Source: Minisyncoccota bacterium (GTDB lineage Bacteria > Patescibacteriota > Minisyncoccia > Phycocordibacterales > SW-6-46-9). Taken from it: DNA of 64,000 bases. The stretch covers positions 679,010-743,009 of the forward strand of contig JBBDRP010000002.1 in NCBI GenBank assembly GCA_040905385.1, in the 5' to 3' direction. A program made the position numbers and the translations under genes. This document shows, in pieces, positions 41,684-51,941 of this stretch. The notes under the pieces were generated by a model. That model was not told the DNA's origin and did not search any database. It was given only the letters and a program-made list of their open reading frames with translations. Numbering within the stretch: the first letter of the stretch is position 1; each line of letters opens with the position of its first letter.

Positions 41684-42436
41684 TTAGGCTTCATCGCTTA
41701 CCTTTTCATGCGAAGTTGCAAACACCGAGTAAATGGTAGAAAGCTTTGCGTGATCCGGGACACCAGCCGCTTCGCGAAGTTCAGGAAGAGTTCCGGTTAC
41801 CTTTAGCTCTCCACCGGCGATGACACCGGCTGAATCCGCCACGCGGTCGGCAATACCAAGCATGTGTGTGGTAATCAGCACCGTGCCACCATTATCACGG
41901 TAATCGGTAAGCAGACTCTCTAGAATACGAACACTTTGCGGATCGAGCCCAATAATCGGCTCATCAATCAGGAGAAGTTCTGGCTCATGCAGTAACGCGG
42001 CCAGGATGGTGAACTTCTGACGATTTCCGCGTGAGTAGTACTCAAAGTACATATCATCAACTCCCTGCAAAGAGAAGGCCGGCAGTAGCTCCTCAATACG
42101 CTTTTGGCGTGTATCGGCATCGTATCCATACAGCGCACCGGTAAAATCAAGGAATTCACGACCAGTCATCTTACCCCAGACGGTTGGGTTGTCCGGAATA
42201 AAACCGATCTTCTCCTTCGCCTCAACCGATTCTCCGTCCACCTTGGTACCACCAACCGTTATGTCGCCGGACGTTGGCTGCAACAGCCCGGCAATCATTT
42301 TGATAATGGTGGTTTTTCCGGACCCATTCGGACCAATCAATGAGTAAATCGATCCCTTCTCTATCGATAGCGAGACATCATCGACCGCAATACTATCGGG
42401 TCCGAACTTCTTTGTGAGATGTGAAATTTCTAGCAT
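41684..42436 (-). CDS. ABC transporter ATP-binding protein
   Basis: GPNGSGKT, YSRG, DEP..GLDP. Confidence 0.92.
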   Translation of the reverse strand: MLEISHLTKKFGPDSIAVDDVSLSIEKGSIYSLIGPNGSGKTTIIKMIAGLLQPTSGDITVGGTKVDGESVEAKEKIGFIPDNPTVWGKMTGREFLDFTGALYGYDADTRQKRIEELLPAFSLQGVDDMYFEYYSRGNRQKFTILAALLHEPELLLIDEPIIGLDPQSVRILESLLTDYRDNGGTVLITTHMLGIADRVADSAGVIAGGELKVTGTLPELREAAGVPDHAKLSTIYSVFATSHEKVSDEA

Positions 42437-42471
42437 GTATCTAATGTATCATATAATACCCAAAAAAATCC

Positions 42472-42705
42472 CTACTCCAGCGTTCGAACATACGCTGAAA
42501 GTACGGTGGTCAGATCTGCAATCGCCTCAGAAAGTTCGGCTGCTGATCGATTCGGCTGCTGGACATAAGTGGTAAACCGATCAATCTGTATGACAACATA
42601 CTGGTCGATCGGAATCATCTCTCTGCGCTCACCGTGGCTGGCACTCGCTAGCATCGGCAGCGCCATCAGAGCGAGGGTTAAAATTGTTGTGTATACGTAT
42701 TTCAT
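42472..42705 (-). CDS. Small secreted hypothetical protein
   Basis: Signal-peptide-like N-terminus. Confidence 0.5.
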   Translation of the reverse strand: MKYVYTTILTLALMALPMLASASHGERREMIPIDQYVVIQIDRFTTYVQQPNRSAAELSEAIADLTTVLSAYVRTLE

Positions 42706-42803
42706 ATTTTTTTACTTATCTTCTGTGTATATTTTATCACGCTATTACATTATAGCTAACACAGATATAAAAAAGCCCCAGAATGAATCCAAGGCCTCGG
42801 TCG

Positions 42804-43691
42804 TTAGTTTGAATATGGTTCGGTGGTATCGTCGAGATGCTCGGCTTCGTGCTCTTGATGAACCTCGTGGTGCTCATCCTGCTGGTGAATCTCTCCATGT
42901 TCATGATGATCATCACGAGGTTCATCGTCTCCGTGGCCGTGGGCAGCAATAGCATTAACTCCAAACATAAGGATTACGCCAATCGCAAACCAGCTGACAT
43001 GCTTGAGGTGGCTGGCCTCTGCCTTGGCCTCGCGAACCGAGTGCGGAATCAAGTCCTGAAACACTACTACCAAAAAGGCTCCGGCAGCAATCCCCATTAG
43101 CGGCAGCTGGAGACTTGAAAATACACCCAGTAAAAGCGTACTCCCAACCGCCCCGATCAGAATTGTTGAAGATATAAGGAAATTAATTAGCAAGGCCTTC
43201 TTGGTGCTGTATCCAGCCTGCTTGAGAACAAAAAACTCAGATATCTCCTGAACCAGCTCATGAACAAATACACTGATGGTGGTGATGATACCGAGACCCG
43301 GATTAACAACAAAGGCTGTCGCTATCAGTACACCGTCACCAACATTATGGATGGCATCTCCAGTCATGATGCGCCTAGCGTCCAGTGGCGAATGTGTGTG
43401 CTCCTCTCTCTCATCATCATGGTGATGGTGAAAATCCGGAAGCAAGGCGAATATCAACCAGAAGCCGGCGGCCCCTAGAAGTATCCAGCCGGCACCGACA
43501 AACGTATCAGCAGACAGATGCAGCACCTCACGCCCCAACTGGTACGAGACGATCAGAAATACCCCAGCCGAAAAACTAACCAGATAGTGCAGATTACGGG
43601 CGATGGCCTTACCAACCCCCTTCCAGACAAACAGAACTCCCGATAGTGAAGCCAGCATGATAGCAAGTGAAGCGATGAGAATTTCAATCAT
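42804..43691 (-). CDS. ZIP-family metal transporter with His-rich loop and tail
   Basis: HN..DG, HELVQE, FSAGV. Confidence 0.88.
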   Translation of the reverse strand: MIEILIASLAIMLASLSGVLFVWKGVGKAIARNLHYLVSFSAGVFLIVSYQLGREVLHLSADTFVGAGWILLGAAGFWLIFALLPDFHHHHDDEREEHTHSPLDARRIMTGDAIHNVGDGVLIATAFVVNPGLGIITTISVFVHELVQEISEFFVLKQAGYSTKKALLINFLISSTILIGAVGSTLLLGVFSSLQLPLMGIAAGAFLVVVFQDLIPHSVREAKAEASHLKHVSWFAIGVILMFGVNAIAAHGHGDDEPRDDHHEHGEIHQQDEHHEVHQEHEAEHLDDTTEPYSN

Positions 43692-43782
43692 TTTTCTTTA
43701 GTTTAGAGTTGGGGTTAGTAAATTTAGAGCGCTCGCAGTGCAGCAAGCAAACAACACTGATCGCGCTGTTTGCTGGCAATAA

Positions 43783-44130
43783 TTACCTGCACTCGTTACA
43801 CGTGCCGTGGACCGTTACAGAGAAGTTTTCATCTGTCGGGAGCTGTGATCGGAAAGCGGCCGCGTCTACAAAAATTGTCTTTACCATTTCGCAGTTTTTA
43901 CAGATGAAATGATCATGTGCATCATGCTTTTCAATTAGCTCATACTTCGTCACCTCTCCGACCGGCACGCTGCGAAGCATGTCATCCTCCTCAAGACGCG
44001 TGAGGTTGCGATAGATGGTTGAGGCGTCAGCATCAGAAATCTGCTGCTGCAGCTCCTTGGCTGACAGAAGATGATTATTTTCAAAGATCTCTAAAATTGC
44101 CTGCTTGTGTTTTGTGCTGCGTCTTTCCAT
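43783..44130 (-). CDS. Fur/Zur-family regulator
   Basis: STIYRNL, HDHFIC..C, C..C. Confidence 0.88.
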   Translation of the reverse strand: MERRSTKHKQAILEIFENNHLLSAKELQQQISDADASTIYRNLTRLEEDDMLRSVPVGEVTKYELIEKHDAHDHFICKNCEMVKTIFVDAAAFRSQLPTDENFSVTVHGTCNECR

Positions 44131-44136
44131 AACTTC

Positions 44137-44159
44137 TTATTGCAACTTACTTGCAATAA
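44137..44159. promoter_or_regulatory. Fur/Zur-type operator TTATTGCAA-N5-TTGCAATAA
   Basis: Perfect 9-5-9 palindrome 6 bp upstream of the regulator ATG. Confidence 0.75.
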
Positions 44160-44246
44160 TACCTATACAGCGAAAGTTTGCAAGGTATATAAAAAATTTT
44201 CGGTTATCTACCGAGAGATTTTGGTGATATCTGTGGATTTTTATGC

Positions 44247-45926
44247 TCAAGAAAGCCGCTCTTGTAGGTAGCGCAGGTGCTTATCCCGCCGCTCGAGAAA
44301 CTGGTCTTCGGTGATGCTAACACCACCATTGATCATATCCAAGACATGCTCGCTGCCTAAGAAGTGCGGCATGATCACGTACGTAGCTCCGCTTTCGTAC
44401 AGCCGGGCTGCCTCCGTCGGATACTCGGAATAGGCAATCATCACCATGTCTGGATCACGCTCATGTACGTACTCGGTCAGATACAGGCTGGTCTTGAAAT
44501 CACTGATTGCTGAGACCACCATATCTGCCTGCGTGATATGCAGATCATGCAGAAATTCCGGGTCATGTATATCGCCGTAGTGATGCTTTATGTCCTGTGC
44601 CTCAAGCTGGGTGATCCGTTCCGGATCATAATCAACCACCACGAAATTCTTCTTCAGCTCCTTAAATGACTGCGCCAGGCTGTGGCCGCTGCGAGCATAG
44701 CCGAATAGAAATATATCCGGAGAGTCCTCGATACTCGATTCCTCTATCGGCCGGGAGCGCTCGAATATACTTAGCCAATTTTTGATGTAGTCATAAATAT
44801 GGTCGTCGTAACGCATCATGTAGGTCGAACCGGCAATTGTGATCAGGCTGGCCATCGTTACCAGCGTTACAATCTCCTGGTTAACCTCACCGATCTGCAG
44901 CGCCAGCAGGATGAAGATCAAGGAGAACTCGCTCACCTGCCCGGCCGTCATCGCCATCTTGAAGCAGGTTCGCTTGGTGTATCCGTAGAAACCAGATAGC
45001 CCCATCACAATCAACGGATTAACCAGTAGCACAAAAAGTGACAGGCCAATGGTCGGCAGTAAAACAGATGAGAATATATTCAGATCAAGCCCGGCACCAA
45101 GCATCACAAAGAAAAACAACAGGAAGAAATCACGCAGTGGCCGCAGTCGTCCCGAGATCTCCTGCGCATAGATTTGCGTTGACAACGCTACTCCGGCCAT
45201 CAGTGCACCAACCTCTAGAGACAACCCAGCAGCCGCCACAACGGCAGAGACCCCAAAGCCCCACGCCACCGCAAAGAGAAACAGATACTCCTGTGAGCGA
45301 GCCAGGAAAGTTGATATTTTCGGCAGTAGATACCGGGCCGCAAACCACAAGGCAGCAGCGATAATAATAAACCAACTCGCGCCCTGCGTAGCCGAGACCC
45401 AAACTGCTTGCTCGCCACCAAGAGAGGAAAGATAAATCAAGAACCCTGTAGCAATCAGGTCCTGAACCAGCAGAAATCCGACGGCTATCTTCCCGTACAA
45501 ATGCTTTAACTCCTCCTTGTCGCTAAGAACCTTGAGAATAACAATCGTACTAGAAAAGGTCATGGCAATGGCAATGTAGCCAGCATGCATCAAACCGAAG
45601 CCAAAAGCACTCGCAATTCCAAAGGTTGCTGTTGCTGTCAGTAGTACCTGCCCCACCCCGATAAAGGCAGAGCCCCAACCGACCTCTTTAACTTCCTTGG
45701 GATTAAGCCCAATTCCAACGATAAACAAAAGCAAAGCGATTCCCAGCTCGGAAACGGTATCGAGAACGTGGACAGAGTTGATGGCATCAAAAAAATACGG
45801 TCCTAATAGAAGGCCGCTGATAATGTAGCTGATGATGAGTGGCTGCTTTAGAAGTCGCATCAAGGATGCAAGCAAAAATGCCACCACTACAACCAAGCTG
45901 ATTTCTATAAAGAGGGCGCTTTCCAT
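44247..45926 (-). CDS. Kef-type cation:proton antiporter with TrkA-N domain
   Basis: SST..K.L, QD motif, SEFS, C-terminal Rossmann-like domain. Confidence 0.88.
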   Translation of the reverse strand: MESALFIEISLVVVVAFLLASLMRLLKQPLIISYIISGLLLGPYFFDAINSVHVLDTVSELGIALLLFIVGIGLNPKEVKEVGWGSAFIGVGQVLLTATATFGIASAFGFGLMHAGYIAIAMTFSSTIVILKVLSDKEELKHLYGKIAVGFLLVQDLIATGFLIYLSSLGGEQAVWVSATQGASWFIIIAAALWFAARYLLPKISTFLARSQEYLFLFAVAWGFGVSAVVAAAGLSLEVGALMAGVALSTQIYAQEISGRLRPLRDFFLLFFFVMLGAGLDLNIFSSVLLPTIGLSLFVLLVNPLIVMGLSGFYGYTKRTCFKMAMTAGQVSEFSLIFILLALQIGEVNQEIVTLVTMASLITIAGSTYMMRYDDHIYDYIKNWLSIFERSRPIEESSIEDSPDIFLFGYARSGHSLAQSFKELKKNFVVVDYDPERITQLEAQDIKHHYGDIHDPEFLHDLHITQADMVVSAISDFKTSLYLTEYVHERDPDMVMIAYSEYPTEAARLYESGATYVIMPHFLGSEHVLDMINGGVSITEDQFLERRDKHLRYLQERLS

Positions 45927-45977
45927 AGTATTTCCTACAGAATATCATATATCTGCACTTATACTGCTTGGAAATTG

Positions 45978-48005
45978 TTATACCGCCTCGCGACGAAGCA
46001 GTGTTGCGTTGACAGCCACAACGACAGTTGAAGCAGCCATCAACGCAGCACCAACTGCTGGAGACAGTACGATCCCAGCCCAAACCATCACACCAGCCGC
46101 CAGCGGCAAGGCCACAATGTTGTAACCGGCCGCCCACCAGAGGTTCTGCACCATCTTACGATACGTCCTTCGACCCAGATCCATTACGCGAACCACATCT
46201 CCTGGATCATCATTAACAAGAATGATATCGGCCGTCTCAGCAGCAACATCAGTTCCGGAACCAATTGCCATCCCTACGTCCGCCGTCGCCAGGGCTGGGG
46301 CATCATTGACCCCATCACCGACCATGGCCACCAGACCATACGTTTCTTGTGCCTTCTTTACGATATCGCTCTTCTCATCTGGAAGCACTTCAGCATAAAC
46401 CTCATCAATACCCACAGCGACAGCTACGCGATTTGCCACCGACTCACTGTCACCAGTCAGCATAATCGGCACAATCCCCTTATCTTTAATATTTTTAACT
46501 GCACTAACAGCACTCTCCCGTACCACGTCATCAAGGATGATGGCTCCGAGTAGACGGTCATCTTCAAGCACATACACGACGGTTTTACCATCATTGTTTG
46601 CTTGGAGGATTTTTTCTTTGTCTGGAATAGTAATATTATTATCAGTCAAAAAACCTGGACTAACCACCCGCAACTTACGGCCATCCACCACTCCCTCGAT
46701 ACCACGTCCAGGTAAGGCCCGGAAGCCTTCTACTGAATAAGAAGCTTCGGTGGTTGCAGCTATTGCCTTGCCAAGCGGATGCTCAGAATCACTTTCAAGT
46801 GAAGCGGCCAAGCGCAACACCTCCTCTTTACTTTCATTCTCTGACAGCAAACAATAATCATCAATCACAAACTCGCCCTTTGTCAGCGTTCCAGTTTTAT
46901 CAAAGATAATGGCCGAAATATCACCCGACTGCTCAAAAGCCGTACGATTTCGTATCAAAAGCCCGCTCTTGGCTGCCAGTGATGTCGAGATCGATGAGAC
47001 CAATGGAATTGCCAGCCCGAGTGCATGTGGGCAAGCAATCACGATTACCGCAATGGTTCGCTGCAGAGCGTATGAAAATAGCTGACCAGAAAAAAATGTC
47101 CAGCCAGCCAGCGTCAGAAGTCCAGCCGCCACCGCAACATAGGCCAGATTTGCTGCTGCACGGTCGGCCAGCTTCTGGGTTTGTGACTTCTGAGCTTGAG
47201 CATCAGCCACAAGTTTCATCACCTGCGACAGGTAAGTGTCTTCACCAACCTTCTCTATCTCTACACGAATTGATCCAGAACCATTGACTGAACCAGCAAT
47301 CACTTCATCGCCAACTTTTTTGGTGGCAAGTTTTGATTCTCCGGTCACCGCTGAAAGATCAATATCCGTTTCTCCCTTTATAATCTCACCATCAACCGGC
47401 ACCTTCTCGCCAGGCCGAACCAACACCACATCTCCAATCTGGAGATCGCTGATAGGCACCATCTCAGTAGATCCATCTTGGGTTATGCGATTGGCTTCAC
47501 TGGGAAGAAGCTTTGAAAGCTCACGCAGCGCATTTGAAGCCCCCATAGTTGCACGCATCTCTATCCAGTGACCCAAAAGCATCACATCCACCAACGTTAC
47601 CAACTCCCACAAGAGCGGCTCACCGGCCAAGCCGAGCTGTACCGCCAGGCTGTAGCCAAAGGCAGCACTGATACCAATGGCCACTAGTGTCATCATGCCA
47701 GGCTGGCGTTTTTCGAGCTCCTGCTTAGCTCCAGCGAGGAATGGCCAACCACCGTAGCTGTACACGACCGCCGCCAACCCGAAGGCTATCCAGGAACCAG
47801 CCGGTAATGTGAGAGAGAACCCAAACCAGTCTTGCAGAGATGGGGATAAGGCCAATACTGGCAGAGATAATGCTAGTGCAACCCAGAAACGTTGGCGAAA
47901 ATCGGTCGCCATAGTCTGGTGGTGAGCGTGGTGGTCGTGCTCACTTTCAGCACTATTGTCTGTGTCATGAGAATGTTCTGTGTGATTTGAGTGATCCATA
48001 GACAT
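45978..48005 (-). CDS. Copper-translocating P1B ATPase (CopB type)
   Basis: His-rich N-terminus, CPH, DKTGT, HP, GDGVND, YN. Confidence 0.93.
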   Translation of the reverse strand: MSMDHSNHTEHSHDTDNSAESEHDHHAHHQTMATDFRQRFWVALALSLPVLALSPSLQDWFGFSLTLPAGSWIAFGLAAVVYSYGGWPFLAGAKQELEKRQPGMMTLVAIGISAAFGYSLAVQLGLAGEPLLWELVTLVDVMLLGHWIEMRATMGASNALRELSKLLPSEANRITQDGSTEMVPISDLQIGDVVLVRPGEKVPVDGEIIKGETDIDLSAVTGESKLATKKVGDEVIAGSVNGSGSIRVEIEKVGEDTYLSQVMKLVADAQAQKSQTQKLADRAAANLAYVAVAAGLLTLAGWTFFSGQLFSYALQRTIAVIVIACPHALGLAIPLVSSISTSLAAKSGLLIRNRTAFEQSGDISAIIFDKTGTLTKGEFVIDDYCLLSENESKEEVLRLAASLESDSEHPLGKAIAATTEASYSVEGFRALPGRGIEGVVDGRKLRVVSPGFLTDNNITIPDKEKILQANNDGKTVVYVLEDDRLLGAIILDDVVRESAVSAVKNIKDKGIVPIMLTGDSESVANRVAVAVGIDEVYAEVLPDEKSDIVKKAQETYGLVAMVGDGVNDAPALATADVGMAIGSGTDVAAETADIILVNDDPGDVVRVMDLGRRTYRKMVQNLWWAAGYNIVALPLAAGVMVWAGIVLSPAVGAALMAASTVVVAVNATLLRREAV

Positions 48006-48398
48006 TTACTTATTAGCAACAGCATCAACTACGCGCCTTAAGCGTTCTTTCACCTCCGTTGCAATCTCGTAGAGTTCTTCATTATCAGTTACTCCCAAAA
48101 GAATTTCCGGGTCAACTGCTGATATAAACACTTTTTCATCCTGTTCATAAATGATCACATTGCACGGGAGAAGTAACCCAAGCTCTGGTTCTAGAGATAG
48201 CGCCTGATGAGCTAATTTAGGGTTACACGCTCCAAGAATTTGATATGGAGCTTGATCGACACCAAGCTTTTTCTTCAGAGTGTCCTTCACATCAATGTTA
48301 GACAACACCCCGAATCCTTCACGTGCTAAAGCCTCCTGGACCGCGGTAGTAATATCGCTAAAATTTCCAGTAGCTTGTTGTGTGTATCCGTAAGACAT
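48006..48398 (-). CDS. DUF302-family protein
   Basis: GFGVL..ID, ILGACNP, LLLPCN. Confidence 0.85.
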   Translation of the reverse strand: MSYGYTQQATGNFSDITTAVQEALAREGFGVLSNIDVKDTLKKKLGVDQAPYQILGACNPKLAHQALSLEPELGLLLPCNVIIYEQDEKVFISAVDPEILLGVTDNEELYEIATEVKERLRRVVDAVANK

Positions 48399-48544
48399 AA
48401 TAAGAATAAGTTATTACCAATTTTTACAACAATTAATAATCCCCTGCACAAATGACTTTAGTTTACTCGTATTTCGTCATGAAAATAATTCCCTGACCAG
48501 AATCCATATCACATGGATTGAAAGAAAAATTTTTTCATAACTGA

Positions 48545-49018
48545 TTATATGCGCATGAACACATCACCCTTTTCTCCATCCTGGGTTATCTCATAAATTA
48601 CAAACTCTCCATTTTTTGGCCCTGGCATGCCCGGTGAACCAGACGGCATTCCGGCCATGCCAATTCCTTTGATGTCTGGCTTCTCCTCCAGAAGTTTCTG
48701 GATAGCGGCTTCTGGGATATGTCCTTCAATCACGTATCCAGCCACCTCCATAGTGTGACAGCTCTCCAGTTCATACGGAACTCCAAACCGCTCCTTTACA
48801 GATGCCATGTCCTCTATATCCCTTACCTCAACCGCGTAATCTAAGCCTTCTAAATAAGAGCCGTAGACACCACAACAACCACAATAAGGAGACTTATGTA
48901 GCGTCACCACTGCCACTGCTGCTTCGCTCGACTGTGGTGCGGAGGTCTGTGAAAGCAGGAAACCTCCCATGGCTACTACTACCACAACTAAACCCGCGAT
49001 AATGACTTTATTATTCAT
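48545..49018 (-). CDS. DUF411/CopG-like metal-binding protein
   Basis: CGCC, SCHT, EGH.P, GMP.GSPGM. Confidence 0.85.
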   Translation of the reverse strand: MNNKVIIAGLVVVVVAMGGFLLSQTSAPQSSEAAVAVVTLHKSPYCGCCGVYGSYLEGLDYAVEVRDIEDMASVKERFGVPYELESCHTMEVAGYVIEGHIPEAAIQKLLEEKPDIKGIGMAGMPSGSPGMPGPKNGEFVIYEITQDGEKGDVFMRI

Positions 49019-49019
49019 A

Positions 49020-49463
49020 TTAATTACTGTTGTTAAACCACTCATCCAGCCAGGTTTCCATCTGTTCTACCTCCTGCTCTTGGGCGCTGATAATGTCATT
49101 GGCAAACTCTATCAGTTCTGATCGACTAGTTTCTTTCAGTAAATCCTCGGACATCTCGATAGCTCCAAGATGATGGACGATCATCCCGCGAAGGAAGGCT
49201 TCTTCATAATCAGCTCCCTCCTTGCCACGAAACATCATTGTCATCTCATCCATGGCGTGCTGCATAGCTCCATCCTGGCGAATAATATCGTTTTCATGTA
49301 TATCCTCCGACAGCTCACCGTGCATATGGTTATCGTCGTGCATAAAGCCACCTCCGTGCATCCAGTCTGCCCCAGGAGCAGCATTGATACCAATAAGGTA
49401 ACCAACCATGAGGCCGACGATTATACCAACAAGACCGTATATAATGGCTGTACTATTTTTCAT
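49020..49463 (-). CDS. DUF305 (CopM-like) protein
   Basis: F...MI.HH.GA..M, I..AQ..E...M. Confidence 0.85.
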   Translation of the reverse strand: MKNSTAIIYGLVGIIVGLMVGYLIGINAAPGADWMHGGGFMHDDNHMHGELSEDIHENDIIRQDGAMQHAMDEMTMMFRGKEGADYEEAFLRGMIVHHLGAIEMSEDLLKETSRSELIEFANDIISAQEQEVEQMETWLDEWFNNSN

Positions 49464-49464
49464 A

Positions 49465-49734
49465 TTACTTTTTCTTAGACCGCTTAAATACGCTAATAAT
49501 TTCCTCAACTGCCTTATCCTCATCACCCTGCTTCATCTGGTGAATCACGTGCTCAGACAGATGATTTTCCAGCATAAGATCCTCAACCCCGGACAAAGCG
49601 CTACGGACGGCCGAGGATTGATTGATAACATCAATACAGTACTGCTCCTCATCCACCATCTTCTGCAAGCCACGTACCTGCCCCTCAATACGCTTGAGGC
49701 GGTTGGTAAGTTTCTGTTTTATGTCTTTGTCCAT
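49465..49734 (-). CDS. CsoR/RcnR metal-sensing repressor
   Basis: RL.RIEGQVRG...M, YC.D...Q, HL..H. Confidence 0.9.
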   Translation of the reverse strand: MDKDIKQKLTNRLKRIEGQVRGLQKMVDEEQYCIDVINQSSAVRSALSGVEDLMLENHLSEHVIHQMKQGDEDKAVEEIISVFKRSKKK

Positions 49735-49743
49735 GCCGTAAGT

Positions 49744-49764
49744 ATATACCCCAAGGGGGTATAT
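49744..49764. promoter_or_regulatory. CsoR-type operator ATATACCCC-AAG-GGGGTATAT
   Basis: Perfect palindrome with C/G tracts just upstream of the repressor. Confidence 0.85.
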
Positions 49765-49959
49765 TGCAAATCCCATGACACGTAACCAAAAAACCACCTT
49801 TCGGCGGTTTGGTTCCAACTTCATCCGGATACGCGAGCTAGTGAGTAGCAAATGATGCTAGAACTTAGATTAGAAAAAATAATACCTATTTCGTTCCTGT
49901 TCTAACAACATGATATTCTGTATATGAGCTGATTAATATAATTTCTAAATCTTTTAATT

Positions 49960-50319
49960 ATGGAAAGCTTTGAGAAGACACCAAACGAACCCGATAAAGT
50001 TAATGAGCCTAGCAAGGAAACACAAAATGAACTAACGAAAAACATGAGACATAAAAAGGTCACATTGGAAGCGATTGCCTCTGAAATTAAAGAGCTAAAC
50101 AATATCATCCCAACACTTGAAACAGCCAGTCCGGCTGAGATTAAAGATGCGTATCTTGAGTACATAAATCGTGACGAATCAAATCTGAAAGAGCAAATAG
50201 ATATGGGATATGTGGATATACCCGACCCAGACGACACCGAGGCAATAATTACATATCTTAAGAACGAATTGGGGGAACTAAAGAAGGAACAGAAGAAAGA
50301 AGCCGCAGAGACTAACTAG
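49960..50319 (+). CDS. Hypothetical protein
   Basis: 119-aa acidic ORF. Confidence 0.55.
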   Translation: MESFEKTPNEPDKVNEPSKETQNELTKNMRHKKVTLEAIASEIKELNNIIPTLETASPAEIKDAYLEYINRDESNLKEQIDMGYVDIPDPDDTEAIITYLKNELGELKKEQKKEAAETN

Positions 50320-50778
50320 TTCAAATCCGTGCCATGTATTTAAAATAAAACAGCCTCCTTTTCAGGAAGCTGTTTTTATATCTGCCTGTGCTGAGCTTGT
50401 CGAAGTGCGCGGGCGAACGGAACATTCACATCGTCGCTTCGCTCCTCTTTAATCCCTTCGGGCCTGCTTATTTTCTATCTCACTTCGTTCGATAAAGAAA
50501 ATTCTCTAACAAGACCAGATAAAAAGTAAAGCAGATTACTTTTTATCCCACGGTTCTCAACGCTCGCACTGCTCGCTGCTCTCCGTCACGGGAAAACTAG
50601 AGTTTTCCCGACCCCTTTCCTGGTTCAAATCCGGTCTCATCATCCATACAAAAGTAAAAGAAAAAGCCGGCACAAGGCCGACTTTTCTTTCACTAGCGCG
50701 GGCTAGTGGACGATGTTGGAACCGAGATAAGAGAGTATAAGGATTATATAACAATTCCCAAAATTTAAAGCAAACTAG

Positions 50779-51939
50779 TTACTTCCTTACGATAAAAATC
50801 GTATTGATATACTCAACTTCACCATTGGCTAATTTTTCTTTTATCTCGTGCTCAAATTCATAATAAGACTTCAGATCCATTTCAAGCCACAGTCGTAAAA
50901 CTTTATACAACTCATCCACTGAACCTGCACTAACCTTACAATCCACATCAACTTGCTTATATTCAATCTCTAGATCATCTAGTGTTCTAGTAAGTTTATC
51001 GTATGTGTATTCATACTTCTTACCCTTTTTATCAAATACATAATTCTTTAAGTCTGCATAATCTTTTGTTGGTTTATGTGCGACAAATAGCGAGATACCT
51101 TCATCGGAGAGTAAATTGTGAACTTTCTCAACCGCTGATTTCTTATTATCAAAATAATAAAGGACATGTGAAGCGATAATAGCGTCATATTTCTGGTCAG
51201 TTTCCCAAGTCTCGAAATCGGCGTGGATCACCTCCTTTGAAGTATTCATGTAATCACGAACGTAACTTGTATTCTTCTCTACGATAGATATATCCTTTAT
51301 GCTTTGAGGAAAATCATCTGCCTTAGAAAGAGTATCGAAACCAGAACCGATATTAAGTAGATTACTAGGCTTATGCTCGTTTAGTATATCTACAATCTTT
51401 TGCTCAACTTTTTGTTTTTCATCAGAGTGATTTACAAAATTTTCAAACAATATTTCTGGGAACCAAAAATTCCCTTTCTTTTCTAGTTCAGAAATAGCCA
51501 CAGTTGCTGACCACAACATATTAAAATACTCCCTATAGCTATCTGCTATGTGCCTATCCTTAATAATAATCACACGTGGATTAGAAGGATCATCCCAATT
51601 AAGCATATCGATTGTGTTGCCGTATATATTCACTCCCACCTTTGTTATAAGTCCTAAAGGCATATAGCGAACCTGAACCAATGGAATAGACTCATAAGTT
51701 TTTCCCAGAGCCTTTACATCATCGTTATATAAAATCTTTGTCTTAATACCACGCTCAGAGCGATCATGGACATAATTTACAAAAAAATCGATAGCTTTCT
51801 GAAAGTCGGGGTTTCCTGATCGAGCCCCAAACACCAAAACCTCCTCTCCCTCTTTAAGATCTTCATTGATAGAATAATAGTATTCCTTGATATTTTCAAA
51901 GCCCTCTATCACCTCGACATTTGATTTGCTCGATTTCAT
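50779..51939 (-). CDS. TrmB-like effector domain fused to class I SAM methyltransferase
   Basis: EG.E.IK..Y, R...GI..K, I.D..IA..Y...F..LW; then LNIGSG, D.IIASHVLYY. Confidence 0.65.
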   Translation of the reverse strand: MKSSKSNVEVIEGFENIKEYYYSINEDLKEGEEVLVFGARSGNPDFQKAIDFFVNYVHDRSERGIKTKILYNDDVKALGKTYESIPLVQVRYMPLGLITKVGVNIYGNTIDMLNWDDPSNPRVIIIKDRHIADSYREYFNMLWSATVAISELEKKGNFWFPEILFENFVNHSDEKQKVEQKIVDILNEHKPSNLLNIGSGFDTLSKADDFPQSIKDISIVEKNTSYVRDYMNTSKEVIHADFETWETDQKYDAIIASHVLYYFDNKKSAVEKVHNLLSDEGISLFVAHKPTKDYADLKNYVFDKKGKKYEYTYDKLTRTLDDLEIEYKQVDVDCKVSAGSVDELYKVLRLWLEMDLKSYYEFEHEIKEKLANGEVEYINTIFIVRK

Positions 51940-51941
51940 GA

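Noticed and set aside
50557-50754. 65-aa ORF
   Set aside because: Lies over the hairpin-rich mini-element and is probably non-coding
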